From positions 36,834 through 100,833 of the forward strand of contig JBGUYH010000044.1 in NCBI GenBank assembly GCA_045118595.1: a stretch of DNA of 64,000 nt, given 5' to 3'. Made by a program: the position numbers and the translations under genes. Positions 1 through 9,272 of the stretch are shown here, piece after piece. Positions within the stretch are counted from its first letter, which is position 1; each line of letters starts with the position of its first letter. This DNA is from Bacteroidales bacterium. GTDB lineage: Bacteria > Bacteroidota > Bacteroidia > Bacteroidales > Marinilabiliaceae. Below the pieces are notes generated by a model. That model was not told the origin of the DNA. It saw only the letters and a list, made by a program, of their open reading frames with translations, and searched no databases.

Positions 1-584
1 CGCATCATAGCAATAGGCAACTGACCATTATCAACAACATCTTGCTCTTCCAAGGCTACCAAGACACTACCATGATTGGCAAGTTGTGCCATATAGATTG
101 GCATATACTCGTCCATTCTGTCGCCTGGATTACGTGTAATGGGAAATCTGCTTATTGTATGACGAATAACTTGTTTGTCACTCTCCGACTCCTCTACCCT
201 TCTTTCTGTATCAACTAATCCATAAGGTGCTTTTGTGCGATAATAACCAGTTGGAGTCATTTGCTTCACTTGCAATGCATAATAGAGTGTACCTCTATCG
301 TCGGCTTCACTTGCGAAACGAGGAACGTCAGGGGCAGCTATGCGACCAGCAATGCAACACGACTTAGCTTCGTTCATTGTGGCTTCGCCTTTATACCATT
401 GTATGGCTCTGTGCGGATTAAATACAACAAACATAGCAACAAAAGCAATTACAGCTATCAGTATCGATGCTATTTTCCCCCACTTGATAGTATCGCCAAC
501 TTTGTATTTATTAATTATTATTCTGCCTATCAATGCCATGATTGCAACGGCTACAATGGCAGCTAGCATTTTTGTGTTTCCCAT
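1..584 (-). CDS. hypothetical membrane-anchored protein, 5' part only (gene runs off the left edge)
   Basis: My reading of the minus strand gives an ATG at 584-582 (MGNTKMLAAIVAVAIMALIGRII..., one hydrophobic helix). The frame stays open to position 1. It is absent from the ORF track because it has no stop in the window. It starts 3 nt after the stop of the kinase gene upstream. Confidence 0.45.
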   Translation of the reverse strand, partial: MGNTKMLAAIVAVAIMALIGRIIINKYKVGDTIKWGKIASILIAVIAFVAMFVVFNPHRAIQWYKGEATMNEAKSCCIAGRIAAPDVPRFASEADDRGTLYYALQVKQMTPTGYYRTKAPYGLVDTERRVEESESDKQVIRHTISRFPITRNPGDRMDEYMPIYMAQLANHGSVLVALEEQDVVDNGQLPIAMM

Positions 585-586
585 TT

Positions 587-1210
587 TTATCTCTGTTTGT
601 CTTTGTTGTTGTGTATTGCACGACTAATAATGTCGAGTATTTTTTTGCGGTCGGCATCGCTATTTACAAAATCAGTGTCATCGACATCAATTATGAGCAA
701 CTCTCCCTGATAAGTGTCAATCCAAGCTTCATAACGTTCGTTGAGTTGTTGTAAATAGTCGGGACGAATACCCATTTCGTATGCTCTGTTGCGTAGTCGA
801 ATCTGACGCATTAAAGTATCTACTGATGCTCGTAGGTATATTAACAAATCGGGCGGAGTCAGAAACGAGTTCATCACCTTGAATAATTCCATATATGAAT
901 TGAAATCGCGAGCACTAATTAGTTGCATGCGCGATAAGTTCTCGGCAAAGATGTAAGCGTCTTCATATATAGTGCGATCTTGTACCACAGTCTCTGACGA
1001 CCATCGTATCTGTTGTATGGTTTGAAACCGTTTGGTTAAGAAATAGACTTGCAGGTTAAACGACCATCGCTGCATGTCGGCATAAAAGTCTTCCAAATAC
1101 GGATTATCATCTGGCATCTCGTATTGTGCCTTCCAACCGAATGCTTCGGTCAGCATCTGGGTGAGCGTTGTCTTTCCGCTCCCTATGTTGCCTGCTATGC
1201 CTATGTACAT
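587..1210 (-). CDS. deoxynucleoside kinase (dAK/dGK family)
   Basis: 207 aa. N-terminal P-loop IGIAGNIGSGKTTL and overall deoxynucleoside kinase layout (DR..YED, LRASV lid-like segment). Confidence 0.85.
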   Translation of the reverse strand: MYIGIAGNIGSGKTTLTQMLTEAFGWKAQYEMPDDNPYLEDFYADMQRWSFNLQVYFLTKRFQTIQQIRWSSETVVQDRTIYEDAYIFAENLSRMQLISARDFNSYMELFKVMNSFLTPPDLLIYLRASVDTLMRQIRLRNRAYEMGIRPDYLQQLNERYEAWIDTYQGELLIIDVDDTDFVNSDADRKKILDIISRAIHNNKDKQR

Positions 1211-1212
1211 AA

Positions 1213-2715
1213 TTAGTTCATTTTTAACAAACTATCGATGTATTCTCTATTATTCGACAAGCGTGGAACTTTATTTTGTCCACCAAGTTTCCCTTTACTC
1301 TTGAGCCAATCGTAAAACAAACCACTACGTGCTACTGTTATCTTGGGCGCACCAAGAGTTATGTTTTTGTAACGTTTAGCATCGTAGTCGGAGTTGACTT
1401 CACGCAACGCAGTATCGAGTTGTGCTGCAAAGGTCTCCATCGATGTTGGCTCTGTGCTAAATTCGATAAGCCACTCATGACAACCTTGATTGTCAATGTT
1501 CATAAACACTGGCGCTGCTGTGTACTCTTTTATCGTTGCTCCTGTTGCTTCACAAGCCTTATGCAATCCATGTTCGGCATTGGCTATCATAAGTTCTTCA
1601 CCAAATGCGTTTATGTAGTGCTTGGTTCGTCCTGAAATAACAAAACGATGAGGCGCTAAGTTAGTAAATCGTATCGTGTCGCCAATCAGATAACGCCACA
1701 AACCACCATTGGTGGTGATAACTACAGCATAGTCGACACCTAACTCAACATCGTCAATGGTGCACGATTTGGGATAGGCATTACCAACTTCGCGCAATGG
1801 CACAAACTCATAAAAGATGCCATAATCAAGCATAAGGCGCATATCGTATCCTTCATCTGTCTGAATACCAAAGAAGCCTTCACTTGCGTTGTATATCTCC
1901 ATAAAGTTTATGCCTTTCGGACACAATTGCTTGTATTGCTCTCGATATGGTGCGAAGCTTATACCGCCATGCATGAAGAGTTCTAAGTTGGGCCACACCT
2001 CTTGCAAGTTAGTTTTACCTGTCACCTCAAGCACATGTTTTAGCAATATCAAGAACCAGCTGGGCACACCTGCAAACGATGTTACATTTTCGTTTACCGT
2101 GGCTTCGGTTATCTTCACCAACTTATCTTCCCATTTCGCCAATAGGGCTATATCGCGCACTGGTGTCTTTACAAAATCAGACCAATATGGCGAGTTGCCT
2201 ATCAGAATGGCCGAAAGATCGCCTGTTTGTATGCCTTCGCTTACACTGCTTATCTCTTTGCTACCACCCAACGTCAGACATTTGCCTTTTAGCATTTGCG
2301 AATCGGGGTGACTGCTTATGTAGGTTATCACAGCATCTTTAGCACCCATGTAATGACAATTCTGTAAAGCATCGTCGGTAACTGGTATAAACTTGCTTTT
2401 CGAATCGGTTGTGCCTGACGATTTAGCAAACCACTTTACTTTACCAGGCCAACATACATTACGTTCGCCATTAAGCATTTTTTCAATATACGGACGATAT
2501 TCCACATAGTCTCTCACTGGCACACGCTCAGCAAATTCTACATGACTTTTTATGCTTCTAAAATCATATTCTCGTCCAATATATGTATCAGCCGCTTTGT
2601 CAAGTAACATTGCGAACTGCTCTTTTTGTATGTCAGAAGACTGATTAGCATAACTCTCAATACGTGCCAATCGCTTAGCCCCCCAAAAACCTACTATCGT
2701 ATTTACAAACCCCAT
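1213..2715 (-). CDS. GH3 auxin-responsive-promoter family protein (acyl-adenylate forming enzyme fold)
   Basis: 500 aa. FAKSSGTTDSKSKFIPVT adenylation-type motif and the length and N-terminus typical of bacteroidete GH3-family proteins. Lies 2 nt from the kinase gene. Confidence 0.75.
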   Translation of the reverse strand: MGFVNTIVGFWGAKRLARIESYANQSSDIQKEQFAMLLDKAADTYIGREYDFRSIKSHVEFAERVPVRDYVEYRPYIEKMLNGERNVCWPGKVKWFAKSSGTTDSKSKFIPVTDDALQNCHYMGAKDAVITYISSHPDSQMLKGKCLTLGGSKEISSVSEGIQTGDLSAILIGNSPYWSDFVKTPVRDIALLAKWEDKLVKITEATVNENVTSFAGVPSWFLILLKHVLEVTGKTNLQEVWPNLELFMHGGISFAPYREQYKQLCPKGINFMEIYNASEGFFGIQTDEGYDMRLMLDYGIFYEFVPLREVGNAYPKSCTIDDVELGVDYAVVITTNGGLWRYLIGDTIRFTNLAPHRFVISGRTKHYINAFGEELMIANAEHGLHKACEATGATIKEYTAAPVFMNIDNQGCHEWLIEFSTEPTSMETFAAQLDTALREVNSDYDAKRYKNITLGAPKITVARSGLFYDWLKSKGKLGGQNKVPRLSNNREYIDSLLKMN

Positions 2716-2792
2716 AATAATCTCACTTCTCCGTCAGAAAATGCAAAACGCACAAAGTTAGTCATTTTGCTATGCTATGATTAGTAATAATA

Positions 2793-3584
2793 TCAATGTT
2801 TTTTTAGTTTCTTATTCGATTTTGTGCCGAAATGCAATCCAACAAGCACCTCCAAATTATTCTGATTGCCATGCGGATTGACTGTTACTTTTCGCTCTGC
2901 ATAACTATAATTGTCAATTGTGGTCATTGTCTCCTCCTCCAAAAATGGCATAACATTGAGCCGCAAAGCAACCGACAGATGTGATGTTTGCCCTACTTTG
3001 AAAAAGACTCCGCACTCGGCACCAAAGCCTGGTTTTATTTGCGTCGATTTATAATTTACCGACTCATCTTGCATTGTACCTTCGAAACGTGAATCGAAAT
3101 TGAGTGTATTCATCATCAAATGAGCATCTATAGCCACACCCAAATATGGTTTTAACTCATGCGGTCCCATTATCAGCCTACCTATTACACCCACACTTGC
3201 ATCACGATATGTAGCATCGAAAGCACCACGCTGACTCTGTCCTGACCAAAACTGCTCCTTGTATGGAAATGTATTGAACCCCACTTCCCCACCAATACCT
3301 ATCACTGGTGATGCCATCCACATAGCATCAAGTTTAGCTGCAAAACCCAACGATGCCACATCACGAAACGACACCTCATCCGACGACCGACCTAATGCCA
3401 ACGGTACTCCAACACCAATACGTCCACCAGCATATATTTGTCCGCCATCAAGAGTTGCCGATAACCGCGAACTTCGAACTGCAGCATAACTATGCACCAT
3501 GCAGAGCCACACTACCAAAAGAAGAACAATTCTTGTCGCTTTATTTTTCATTCCGAATATTGTCTTGCGTTGAACGAGTTTCAA
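2793..3584 (-). CDS. outer-membrane beta-barrel protein (porin-family, function unknown)
   Basis: 263 aa. Signal peptide (probable true start MKNKATRIVLLLVVWL at about 3551), alternating beta-strand pattern, aromatic C-terminal strand LVGLHFG. Confidence 0.55.
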   Translation of the reverse strand: MKLVQRKTIFGMKNKATRIVLLLVVWLCMVHSYAAVRSSRLSATLDGGQIYAGGRIGVGVPLALGRSSDEVSFRDVASLGFAAKLDAMWMASPVIGIGGEVGFNTFPYKEQFWSGQSQRGAFDATYRDASVGVIGRLIMGPHELKPYLGVAIDAHLMMNTLNFDSRFEGTMQDESVNYKSTQIKPGFGAECGVFFKVGQTSHLSVALRLNVMPFLEEETMTTIDNYSYAERKVTVNPHGNQNNLEVLVGLHFGTKSNKKLKKH

Positions 3585-3745
3585 ATTTCGGAAAAAAACT
3601 TTGTAATAGCCTTATGATAAAAACATTTTATGTCATACGTATCTCGCTTTGAATACTAAAACGACAATCTAATAGGTTACCAAAGTAATGTTTTATGACA
3701 GAGATAAAAAAAAGTGTCAGACTCTAAACGAATCTAACACTTAAG

Positions 3746-3827
3746 TACCCAGAGCCGGGATCGAACCGGCACGCCTTGCAGCATTGGTGTTTGAGACCAA
3801 CGCGTCTACCAATTCCGCCATCTGGGC
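3746..3827 (-). tRNA. tRNA-Leu (anticodon CAA), no encoded CCA
   Basis: The reverse complement reads GCCCAGATGGCGGAATTGGTAGACGCGTTGGTCTCAAACACCAATGCTGCAAGGCGTGCCGGTTCGATCCCGGCTCTGGGTA. It has a 7 bp acceptor stem (G1-U72 wobble), anticodon loop CTCAAAC, a long variable arm and a GGTTCGATCC T-arm. Confidence 0.9.
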
Positions 3828-3851
3828 GTAGGTTTTTGCGTTTTGCGACGG

Positions 3852-3859
3852 CAAAGGTA
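3852..3859 (-). promoter_or_regulatory. -7 promoter box TACCTTTG for tRNA-Leu
   Basis: Matches the Bacteroides TAnnTTTG consensus on the minus strand, 25 nt upstream of the mature tRNA 5' end. Confidence 0.5.
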
Positions 3860-4026
3860 GATATTATATTTTTTACATGCAAGAAAATGACGATTTATTT
3901 AATCCTCGTCGCTATGCTATTTTACTACATTCTACACACTAAAATGCAGACTAATTTACTAAAATTATTTTCTATTATTTTATTAATTTATTGATGTTTA
4001 TATTTGGTTATTTCAAGTATTACTTG

Positions 4027-4034
4027 TATATTTG
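4027..4034 (+). promoter_or_regulatory. -7 promoter box TATATTTG
   Basis: TAnnTTTG match 56 nt upstream of the ATG at 4090. It sits inside a short inverted repeat, AGTATTAC..GTAATACT. Confidence 0.45.
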
Positions 4035-4089
4035 TAATACTAAAAAGAATACACCAAGTAGTAATATTTAAACTGACATATATCATACA

Positions 4090-4704
4090 ATGGCAAAGTT
4101 AAGCATGGGTATCTTAGGCGGATTCACGGGAAGAGTTGGAACTGTAGTTGGATACATAAGAAAAGGGCAACCTGTAATACGAGCTCTTCCACAAAAGAGT
4201 CAGGTTGAACCATCCGACGGACAAAAGAACGCTCGTCAGCGTTTTGGTGTCTTACGAAAACTTATTCCGTCGTTCATCCCTGCTTTTAAAGTGGGATTTA
4301 GAGCCCAACTCGACGAAAAAATGGTACACTGTGTTGCCTTTTCTGAACTTTGGAAACTTGGCGTTGTTGGAGAGATGCCCGAATGTAAAATAGATTATTC
4401 AAAAATAATAGTCAGCAAAGGACGCCGACCAAATTTGGCTTCAGCAGCTATTACTCGCCTAAATGCCGAAACCATAGAAGTGACATGGGCACCTAAAGGC
4501 AATATACCTCCAGCCGATGGTCGCGACGAAGTCTACTTGGCCATTTACTCCGTAGCTGAGAACTACGTACGAATGTCAGCTCCCGTTACTCGCGCCGAAG
4601 GTCGATTGGTAATGACAGTGCCACAAGGTGATATTCACTGCTATCTCTTTGCCGCTGCTACCGACGAGAAAGAGACATCGGTGAGCCAATACTTTAAATG
4701 TTGA
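4090..4704 (+). CDS. conserved hypothetical protein (resembles the bacteroidete DUF6266 family, from memory)
   Basis: 204 aa. N-terminus MAKLSMGILGGFTGRVGTVVGY, no signal peptide or TM segment. Isolated unit between the tRNA and a bidirectional terminator. Confidence 0.5.
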   Translation: MAKLSMGILGGFTGRVGTVVGYIRKGQPVIRALPQKSQVEPSDGQKNARQRFGVLRKLIPSFIPAFKVGFRAQLDEKMVHCVAFSELWKLGVVGEMPECKIDYSKIIVSKGRRPNLASAAITRLNAETIEVTWAPKGNIPPADGRDEVYLAIYSVAENYVRMSAPVTRAEGRLVMTVPQGDIHCYLFAAATDEKETSVSQYFKC

Positions 4705-4800
4705 TAATACTAAGAACTCAAAAATAACTTTTCATCATAAAATAGTTTCATCGGCCGTGAGGTGCGATTAGAAACAACAATTGCTTATATTCGAAAAAGA

Positions 4801-4830
4801 AGAGCCTCCGTGATGGAAGGCTCTTTTTTG
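4801..4830. terminator. bidirectional rho-independent terminator
   Basis: AGAGCCT..(loop)..AGGCTCT stem flanked by an A-run and a T-run. Lies between the convergent genes 4090-4704 and 4852-6276. Confidence 0.7.
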
Positions 4831-4851
4831 GTTATTATCGCATCTTAACTA

Positions 4852-6276
4852 TTAAAACGTCACACACTTCACATTCTCAAGGTTCAGTGTTGCTGTTTCC
4901 GACACATTAATACCATCTTTTACATAGAAAAATACCGAATTTTTTATGTCTATTCCATGCACCGCATCACAACCTACCATACCATCGGCATAGATGGCTG
5001 TGGCTGCTTCACGACAAACTACATTCTCAATGTGAATGTCAGTAAATTCTGGACTAAATGGAGCTTTCTGAGCTACACTTTTCTCTTTTACTTCATCAAC
5101 GCTATATTTTCTATCCTCGTAAGCACATGAGAATGTTATAGCCTCGTCTGTTATGTCATTCATTGTTATGTCCGATATGTAAATCTGCTCAGTCTTACCA
5201 CCTCGTCCTGCCGCACTTTTAAATCGCAATCCTGTATCTGTTCCACTAAACGAACAGTTACGAACCACAATCCTTTTCATTCCACCCGCACAATCACTAC
5301 CAATAACAAAGCCACCATGTGCATGATAGACTTTGCAATCTTGTATCAAAATGTCTTCACACGGACCATCATCAACACCATTTTGTCCAGTACCCGACTT
5401 CATGCATAAACCATCATCACCAGCATCAACAACTGCATTGACAATGAGTGCTTGCTTGCAGTTGCTCAAATCAATAGCATCGCCATTTTGCGCATTCCAC
5501 GGACAACGCACCACCACATTATCAATAATAATATTGCTACAACGCACTGGATGCAGATGGAAGCGTGGCGAATTCTGTATGGTAACATCACTAATTAGTA
5601 TATTCGCACAATCAGTTATGCGCACAAGGTCAGCTCTGATGGCTTCTTCTTCTTTCGGACTTCCTGTCTGATTATCAAAATGCTTTAGATCATAAGGCAA
5701 CCACAATTTACCGCCATCGGTTTGTGTGCCGCCCATAGCATTAAATGCTTTCCACTCCACGTCACTCACCTTCGAGCGCTTTACTGGTCGCCAATATTTG
5801 CCATTACCATCGATTATTCCATGCCCTGTTATGGATATATTTTTGCGTTTCGATGCACTAATACCAGGTGCATAGCGCTTAGAGCCATCCTTTTTAAACA
5901 AACTCTTATCTGGCGACATAAGCACAATTGCACCTTGCTCTATATGTAAATCGATATTGTCTTTCAATGAAATAGGCCCTGTGAGCCATACTCCTGCCGG
6001 AACATTCAAATGCCCACCTCCTTTTTTGTTCAGATGCGAAATAGCCTTTGAAAAAGCATCGGTACATAGCGTTAATCCGTCACCTACAGCTCCAAAATCG
6101 CGCAAATCGATGGTTAAATCTGGAATTATTGGTGCCTCTACTTGCTTAAGTTCAATTGGCGTTTGAGCATAACAACCCGAATAGTCTTGTGCTGCCACAC
6201 TACATGGCATAACTAACGCAGCAGCATAAGCCACCACACTTAATTGAGTAATAAGTTTAAAACATATCGATTTCAT
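4852..6276 (-). CDS. glycoside hydrolase family 28 (polygalacturonase-like), secreted
   Basis: 474 aa. Signal peptide and parallel beta-helix repeats, with GH28-type motifs NSPRFH, NGDAIDL, GDDGLCMKSG, HGGFVIGS and RFKS. Confidence 0.8.
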   Translation of the reverse strand: MKSICFKLITQLSVVAYAAALVMPCSVAAQDYSGCYAQTPIELKQVEAPIIPDLTIDLRDFGAVGDGLTLCTDAFSKAISHLNKKGGGHLNVPAGVWLTGPISLKDNIDLHIEQGAIVLMSPDKSLFKKDGSKRYAPGISASKRKNISITGHGIIDGNGKYWRPVKRSKVSDVEWKAFNAMGGTQTDGGKLWLPYDLKHFDNQTGSPKEEEAIRADLVRITDCANILISDVTIQNSPRFHLHPVRCSNIIIDNVVVRCPWNAQNGDAIDLSNCKQALIVNAVVDAGDDGLCMKSGTGQNGVDDGPCEDILIQDCKVYHAHGGFVIGSDCAGGMKRIVVRNCSFSGTDTGLRFKSAAGRGGKTEQIYISDITMNDITDEAITFSCAYEDRKYSVDEVKEKSVAQKAPFSPEFTDIHIENVVCREAATAIYADGMVGCDAVHGIDIKNSVFFYVKDGINVSETATLNLENVKCVTF

Positions 6277-6296
6277 CTCTCTTTCTATTTTTCCAA

Positions 6297-6304
6297 CAAA
6301 GATA
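6297..6304 (-). promoter_or_regulatory. -7 promoter box TATCTTTG for the GH28 gene
   Basis: Perfect consensus on the minus strand, 21 nt upstream of the ATG at 6276. Confidence 0.55.
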
Positions 6305-6357
6305 GAGAGACACCCATTGCCCTAAGTGTGATAAATAAATATTTTTGGGATTGTTTT

Positions 6358-8325
6358 TCAGTTTTTAGGCAAGATAAAAACAAACCTCGAACCACCTTTG
6401 AATGTTGTATCCAACGAAACATCGCCACCCAATTTGCGAGCTATCGAACGACACAAACTCAAGCCCAAACCTATTCCTTGCGAGAAATCGTCGAGTTTTT
6501 TAAACCGCTCGAATACAAACTCCACCTTATCTGATGGTATACCTGGACCTGTATCGGTTATGGCAAAAATAACATCGTATTCACTCTCTTTTGTTAGGCA
6601 GCTTAACTCTATTGAGCCCGAATTTGTAAACTTGCCCGAGTTTTTAAGAAGTTGAGTAAGAACCTCTCTAACAAGTCGTGCATCGGTGCGAATAGAGAAT
6701 CCTTCGTCCATATCTGTTACAAATCGCAGCTCAACATCCGATTTTTTATATCGTTCAACTGCTTTAAGAGCCGCATCGCAAATGCTTCTGCAGCTAACAT
6801 TTTGACGCAGAATAGCATAGTCGCTACTTTCAATGTCAGAATACTCTAATATATTGCTAACTATGTCGGTTATTGTATCAACATTTTGGCATATTCTGAA
6901 CGACAAATTACGCTTCGATTCCTCATCGATAGTGTTATTTGGGTCGAGCAATATTTCAGAAAACCCTTGTATAGCGTTAAGTGGTGTGCGTATCTCATGC
7001 GAGATGTTATGGATAAAATGTGTTTTCATCTTATCCAAAGCCTCGGCTCGTTCTTTGGCTATTTTTAGCGTTTGCTCACTCTCTCGCAAATTTTCGCGGT
7101 CGATGAGCAATTGACGTTCCGACTCTTGCAATACTTGTTTCATCCGACTTATTCGCATCGAATAGACTATTGTGACTACAAGTGCCATAAGCAACACAAC
7201 AAAGGCCACAATAAGAATTATTATCTGCACTCTATATTGATCAAACAACGCCGAAAGTGTCATCCGATTGTTAACCAATGTAGCACCCTCTGGAAGTTTG
7301 TTCTTGTCAAGTCCCAACTTTGTAATCACATTCATATCGAACTGATAATAATTGGGGAAACGATACCGATAAGGTTCAATGTCCATACCTCGGTCAACAA
7401 GTTCGTATGATAGCAGTGCAGGATGCAAAATACGCACATCATGCCAGTCATACATAGGCATGCAACCGCCTAAAGCCCAATTACCAAGTCCGCGACCTGT
7501 GAGGGTGAGCACTGGAATATCTTTAAGTTGTTCAAAGAGTTTATAGTCGTTGCTAAGCGATACCGTACCGTTGCAATCGTAGCGCCAAATGGCATATAAA
7601 ATGGCCGAGTTGTGTTTAAGTGCCATAAGCGACTTTATGGCACTTTGTGTATCATCACGACTACCATCTATCTCTTTTATTGCTAATTGCGGAAAATTCT
7701 TTTTTATCTCATCAACACTATATTTAAGCATACTATAGCCACTATACGAATTGTCGCTAACAACAGCCATTGTATGCAGATCAGGGTATAGGTTTTTCAG
7801 TGCCAAAATCGACTCTTTAACTCCATATTCGTAGTAATAGAACATCTTGACGTTAAAAGGCTTCATAAGCTCATTTATATCGACAATGGTATTCCTATTA
7901 TCGGTATTGCGCTTCACCGATGGAATGTCATCAAAATCGACACAAGCAGCATATCGTTGCGAAGCTATTAGGCATATAGGCGTTTGGCGCCACTTTTCAT
8001 CCTCTTGCGACAAATAGCATATCCACGCTTCAGGACCGTACAAAATAACAAGTTTAGGATTCTTGTGCCGATCCAATATTTCGTTCATGGCCTGAATCCA
8101 CTGCGAATGGGTGTCCAAATTGCTACAATTCATCATCTCGATGACTATTTCATGCGAGCCACCCAGTTTGGTGTATTCTGCCGTAAAATCGGCCGTAAAT
8201 TCGTTTGAATAAAACGTATCAGCATTGTAGGAGCAGATGTACAAAATTTCGCCCTGTTCTGGCTCTTCTGCACTTGCTACAATACACGATAAGAAAATAA
8301 AAAATAGAGATAGTAATTTTTTCAT
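6358..8325 (-). CDS. sensor histidine kinase with a large periplasmic substrate-binding-protein-like domain (no receiver domain)
   Basis: 655 aa. Signal/TM segment, about 340 aa periplasmic domain, second TM, coiled coil, H-box HNISHEIRTPLNAI, then an ATPase domain with TDTGPGIP and GIGLGLSLC. Confidence 0.8.
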   Translation of the reverse strand: MKKLLSLFFIFLSCIVASAEEPEQGEILYICSYNADTFYSNEFTADFTAEYTKLGGSHEIVIEMMNCSNLDTHSQWIQAMNEILDRHKNPKLVILYGPEAWICYLSQEDEKWRQTPICLIASQRYAACVDFDDIPSVKRNTDNRNTIVDINELMKPFNVKMFYYYEYGVKESILALKNLYPDLHTMAVVSDNSYSGYSMLKYSVDEIKKNFPQLAIKEIDGSRDDTQSAIKSLMALKHNSAILYAIWRYDCNGTVSLSNDYKLFEQLKDIPVLTLTGRGLGNWALGGCMPMYDWHDVRILHPALLSYELVDRGMDIEPYRYRFPNYYQFDMNVITKLGLDKNKLPEGATLVNNRMTLSALFDQYRVQIIILIVAFVVLLMALVVTIVYSMRISRMKQVLQESERQLLIDRENLRESEQTLKIAKERAEALDKMKTHFIHNISHEIRTPLNAIQGFSEILLDPNNTIDEESKRNLSFRICQNVDTITDIVSNILEYSDIESSDYAILRQNVSCRSICDAALKAVERYKKSDVELRFVTDMDEGFSIRTDARLVREVLTQLLKNSGKFTNSGSIELSCLTKESEYDVIFAITDTGPGIPSDKVEFVFERFKKLDDFSQGIGLGLSLCRSIARKLGGDVSLDTTFKGGSRFVFILPKN

Positions 8326-8359
8326 AGACGATTTTCACGAGTTTTGGAGTGTTTCAACT

Positions 8360-8803
8360 TTATAAGTTATCATCGGCATACCACTCGGCAAACGATGTAG
8401 CTGTTTCGTGCAACTTTACGCTGTGCAATTTAATATTTTTCGGCAATCTATTACCTATGCGCTTAGCAAATTCGCTCACCATATTTTCGCATGTAGGCTG
8501 ATAATCGACCTCATATATGCGCTCGGCCAACCCTCGTAGCTGAGCCGCTTCGACTGTACCACTACGCACCAACATTGCATGATCGAGTTTGTCAACAATC
8601 TCCTCTTTCACAATAGACTTCAACACACTAAAATCCATTACCATGCCCTGCTTGGGCGACATTGCATCATGCTCAGGCTCACCTTTGATGGTAACAAACA
8701 AACGATACGAATGCCCATGTATATTGCGACACAAACCATCGTAACCATCGAGCATGTGAGCCATCTCAAACGAAAACTCTTTTGTAAGACGTATTATCGA
8801 CAT
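8360..8803 (-). CDS. queD: 6-carboxy-5,6,7,8-tetrahydropterin synthase
   Basis: Motifs FSFEMAHML..CRNIHGHSY..V and HETATSFAEW. I prefer the start at MSIIRL (8803) because the track start at 8851 lies inside the terminator hairpin at 8837-8862. Confidence 0.8.
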   Translation of the reverse strand: MSIIRLTKEFSFEMAHMLDGYDGLCRNIHGHSYRLFVTIKGEPEHDAMSPKQGMVMDFSVLKSIVKEEIVDKLDHAMLVRSGTVEAAQLRGLAERIYEVDYQPTCENMVSEFAKRIGNRLPKNIKLHSVKLHETATSFAEWYADDNL

Positions 8804-8836
8804 TTCAATATTCTGATTATTACATGTTTCTGCAAC

Positions 8837-8862
8837 AAAAAAGCCGAACACACTGCTCGGCT
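8837..8862 (-). terminator. rho-independent terminator of the 60 aa ORF
   Basis: On the minus strand, AGCCGA..loop..TCGGCT is followed by TTTTTT. Lies 38 nt downstream of the stop at 8900. Confidence 0.55.
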
Positions 8863-8899
8863 AATTTATATTTTGCGATATACTATTCACTCTCTTTCA

Positions 8900-9082
8900 C
8901 TATTCTGTACCAAATGGATTTGAATAGAGTTCATCATTATCAGATGAGGCTGATTGTTCTGCAGATTTTTTACCACCTTTACCACCACCACCACCAGTAA
9001 TACCAGAAGTCTGCTGCATATTGATTGCAATATCTAACAATACTCTCTCTAAGTTGGGCTTTATATATATTTTCTTTTCCAT
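8900..9082 (-). CDS. small hypothetical protein, 60 aa, Gly/Lys-rich centre and acidic tail
   Basis: MEKKIYIKPNLERVLLDIAINMQQTSGITGGGGGKGGKKSAEQSASSDNDELYSNPFGTE. It has its own -7 box (9109-9116) and its own terminator (8837-8862). Confidence 0.5.
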   Translation of the reverse strand: MEKKIYIKPNLERVLLDIAINMQQTSGITGGGGGKGGKKSAEQSASSDNDELYSNPFGTE

Positions 9083-9108
9083 AATCTTGCATTTTCTAAA
9101 TTAATACG

Positions 9109-9116
9109 CAAAAGTA
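9109..9116 (-). promoter_or_regulatory. -7 promoter box TACTTTTG for the 60 aa ORF
   Basis: TAnnTTTG match on the minus strand, 27 nt upstream of the ATG at 9082. Confidence 0.5.
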
Positions 9117-9272
9117 TATAAAATGTTCGAAACCCAAAAATATTATTACATTTTTTATTAACTCACTATCATATACTTATCAGTCTTCTTTATTCCTTTC
9201 TGTAAGTTAGCACCTATTCGTATTTTGGTAAAAATACAAATAGCACAAGTTTCACCGATTTCTTTAGTATCC

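Noticed and set aside
267-300. Apparent stop or frameshift in the left-edge minus-strand gene
   Set aside because: It came from my own one-base transcription slip. The plus-strand translation supplied for 261-566 fixes the sequence as ..CTATCGTCGGC.., and with that the minus-strand frame is open from 584 to position 1.
6282-6310. Hairpin CTTTCTAT..ATAGAGAG between the kinase and GH28 genes as a terminator
   Set aside because: On the transcribed (minus) strand the T-G pair becomes a C-A mismatch and there is no T-run. The element mainly coincides with the GH28 -7 box.
8804-8899. preQ1 riboswitch upstream of queD
   Set aside because: There is no preQ1-type hairpin and A-rich tail. The only structure is the terminator of the upstream small ORF.
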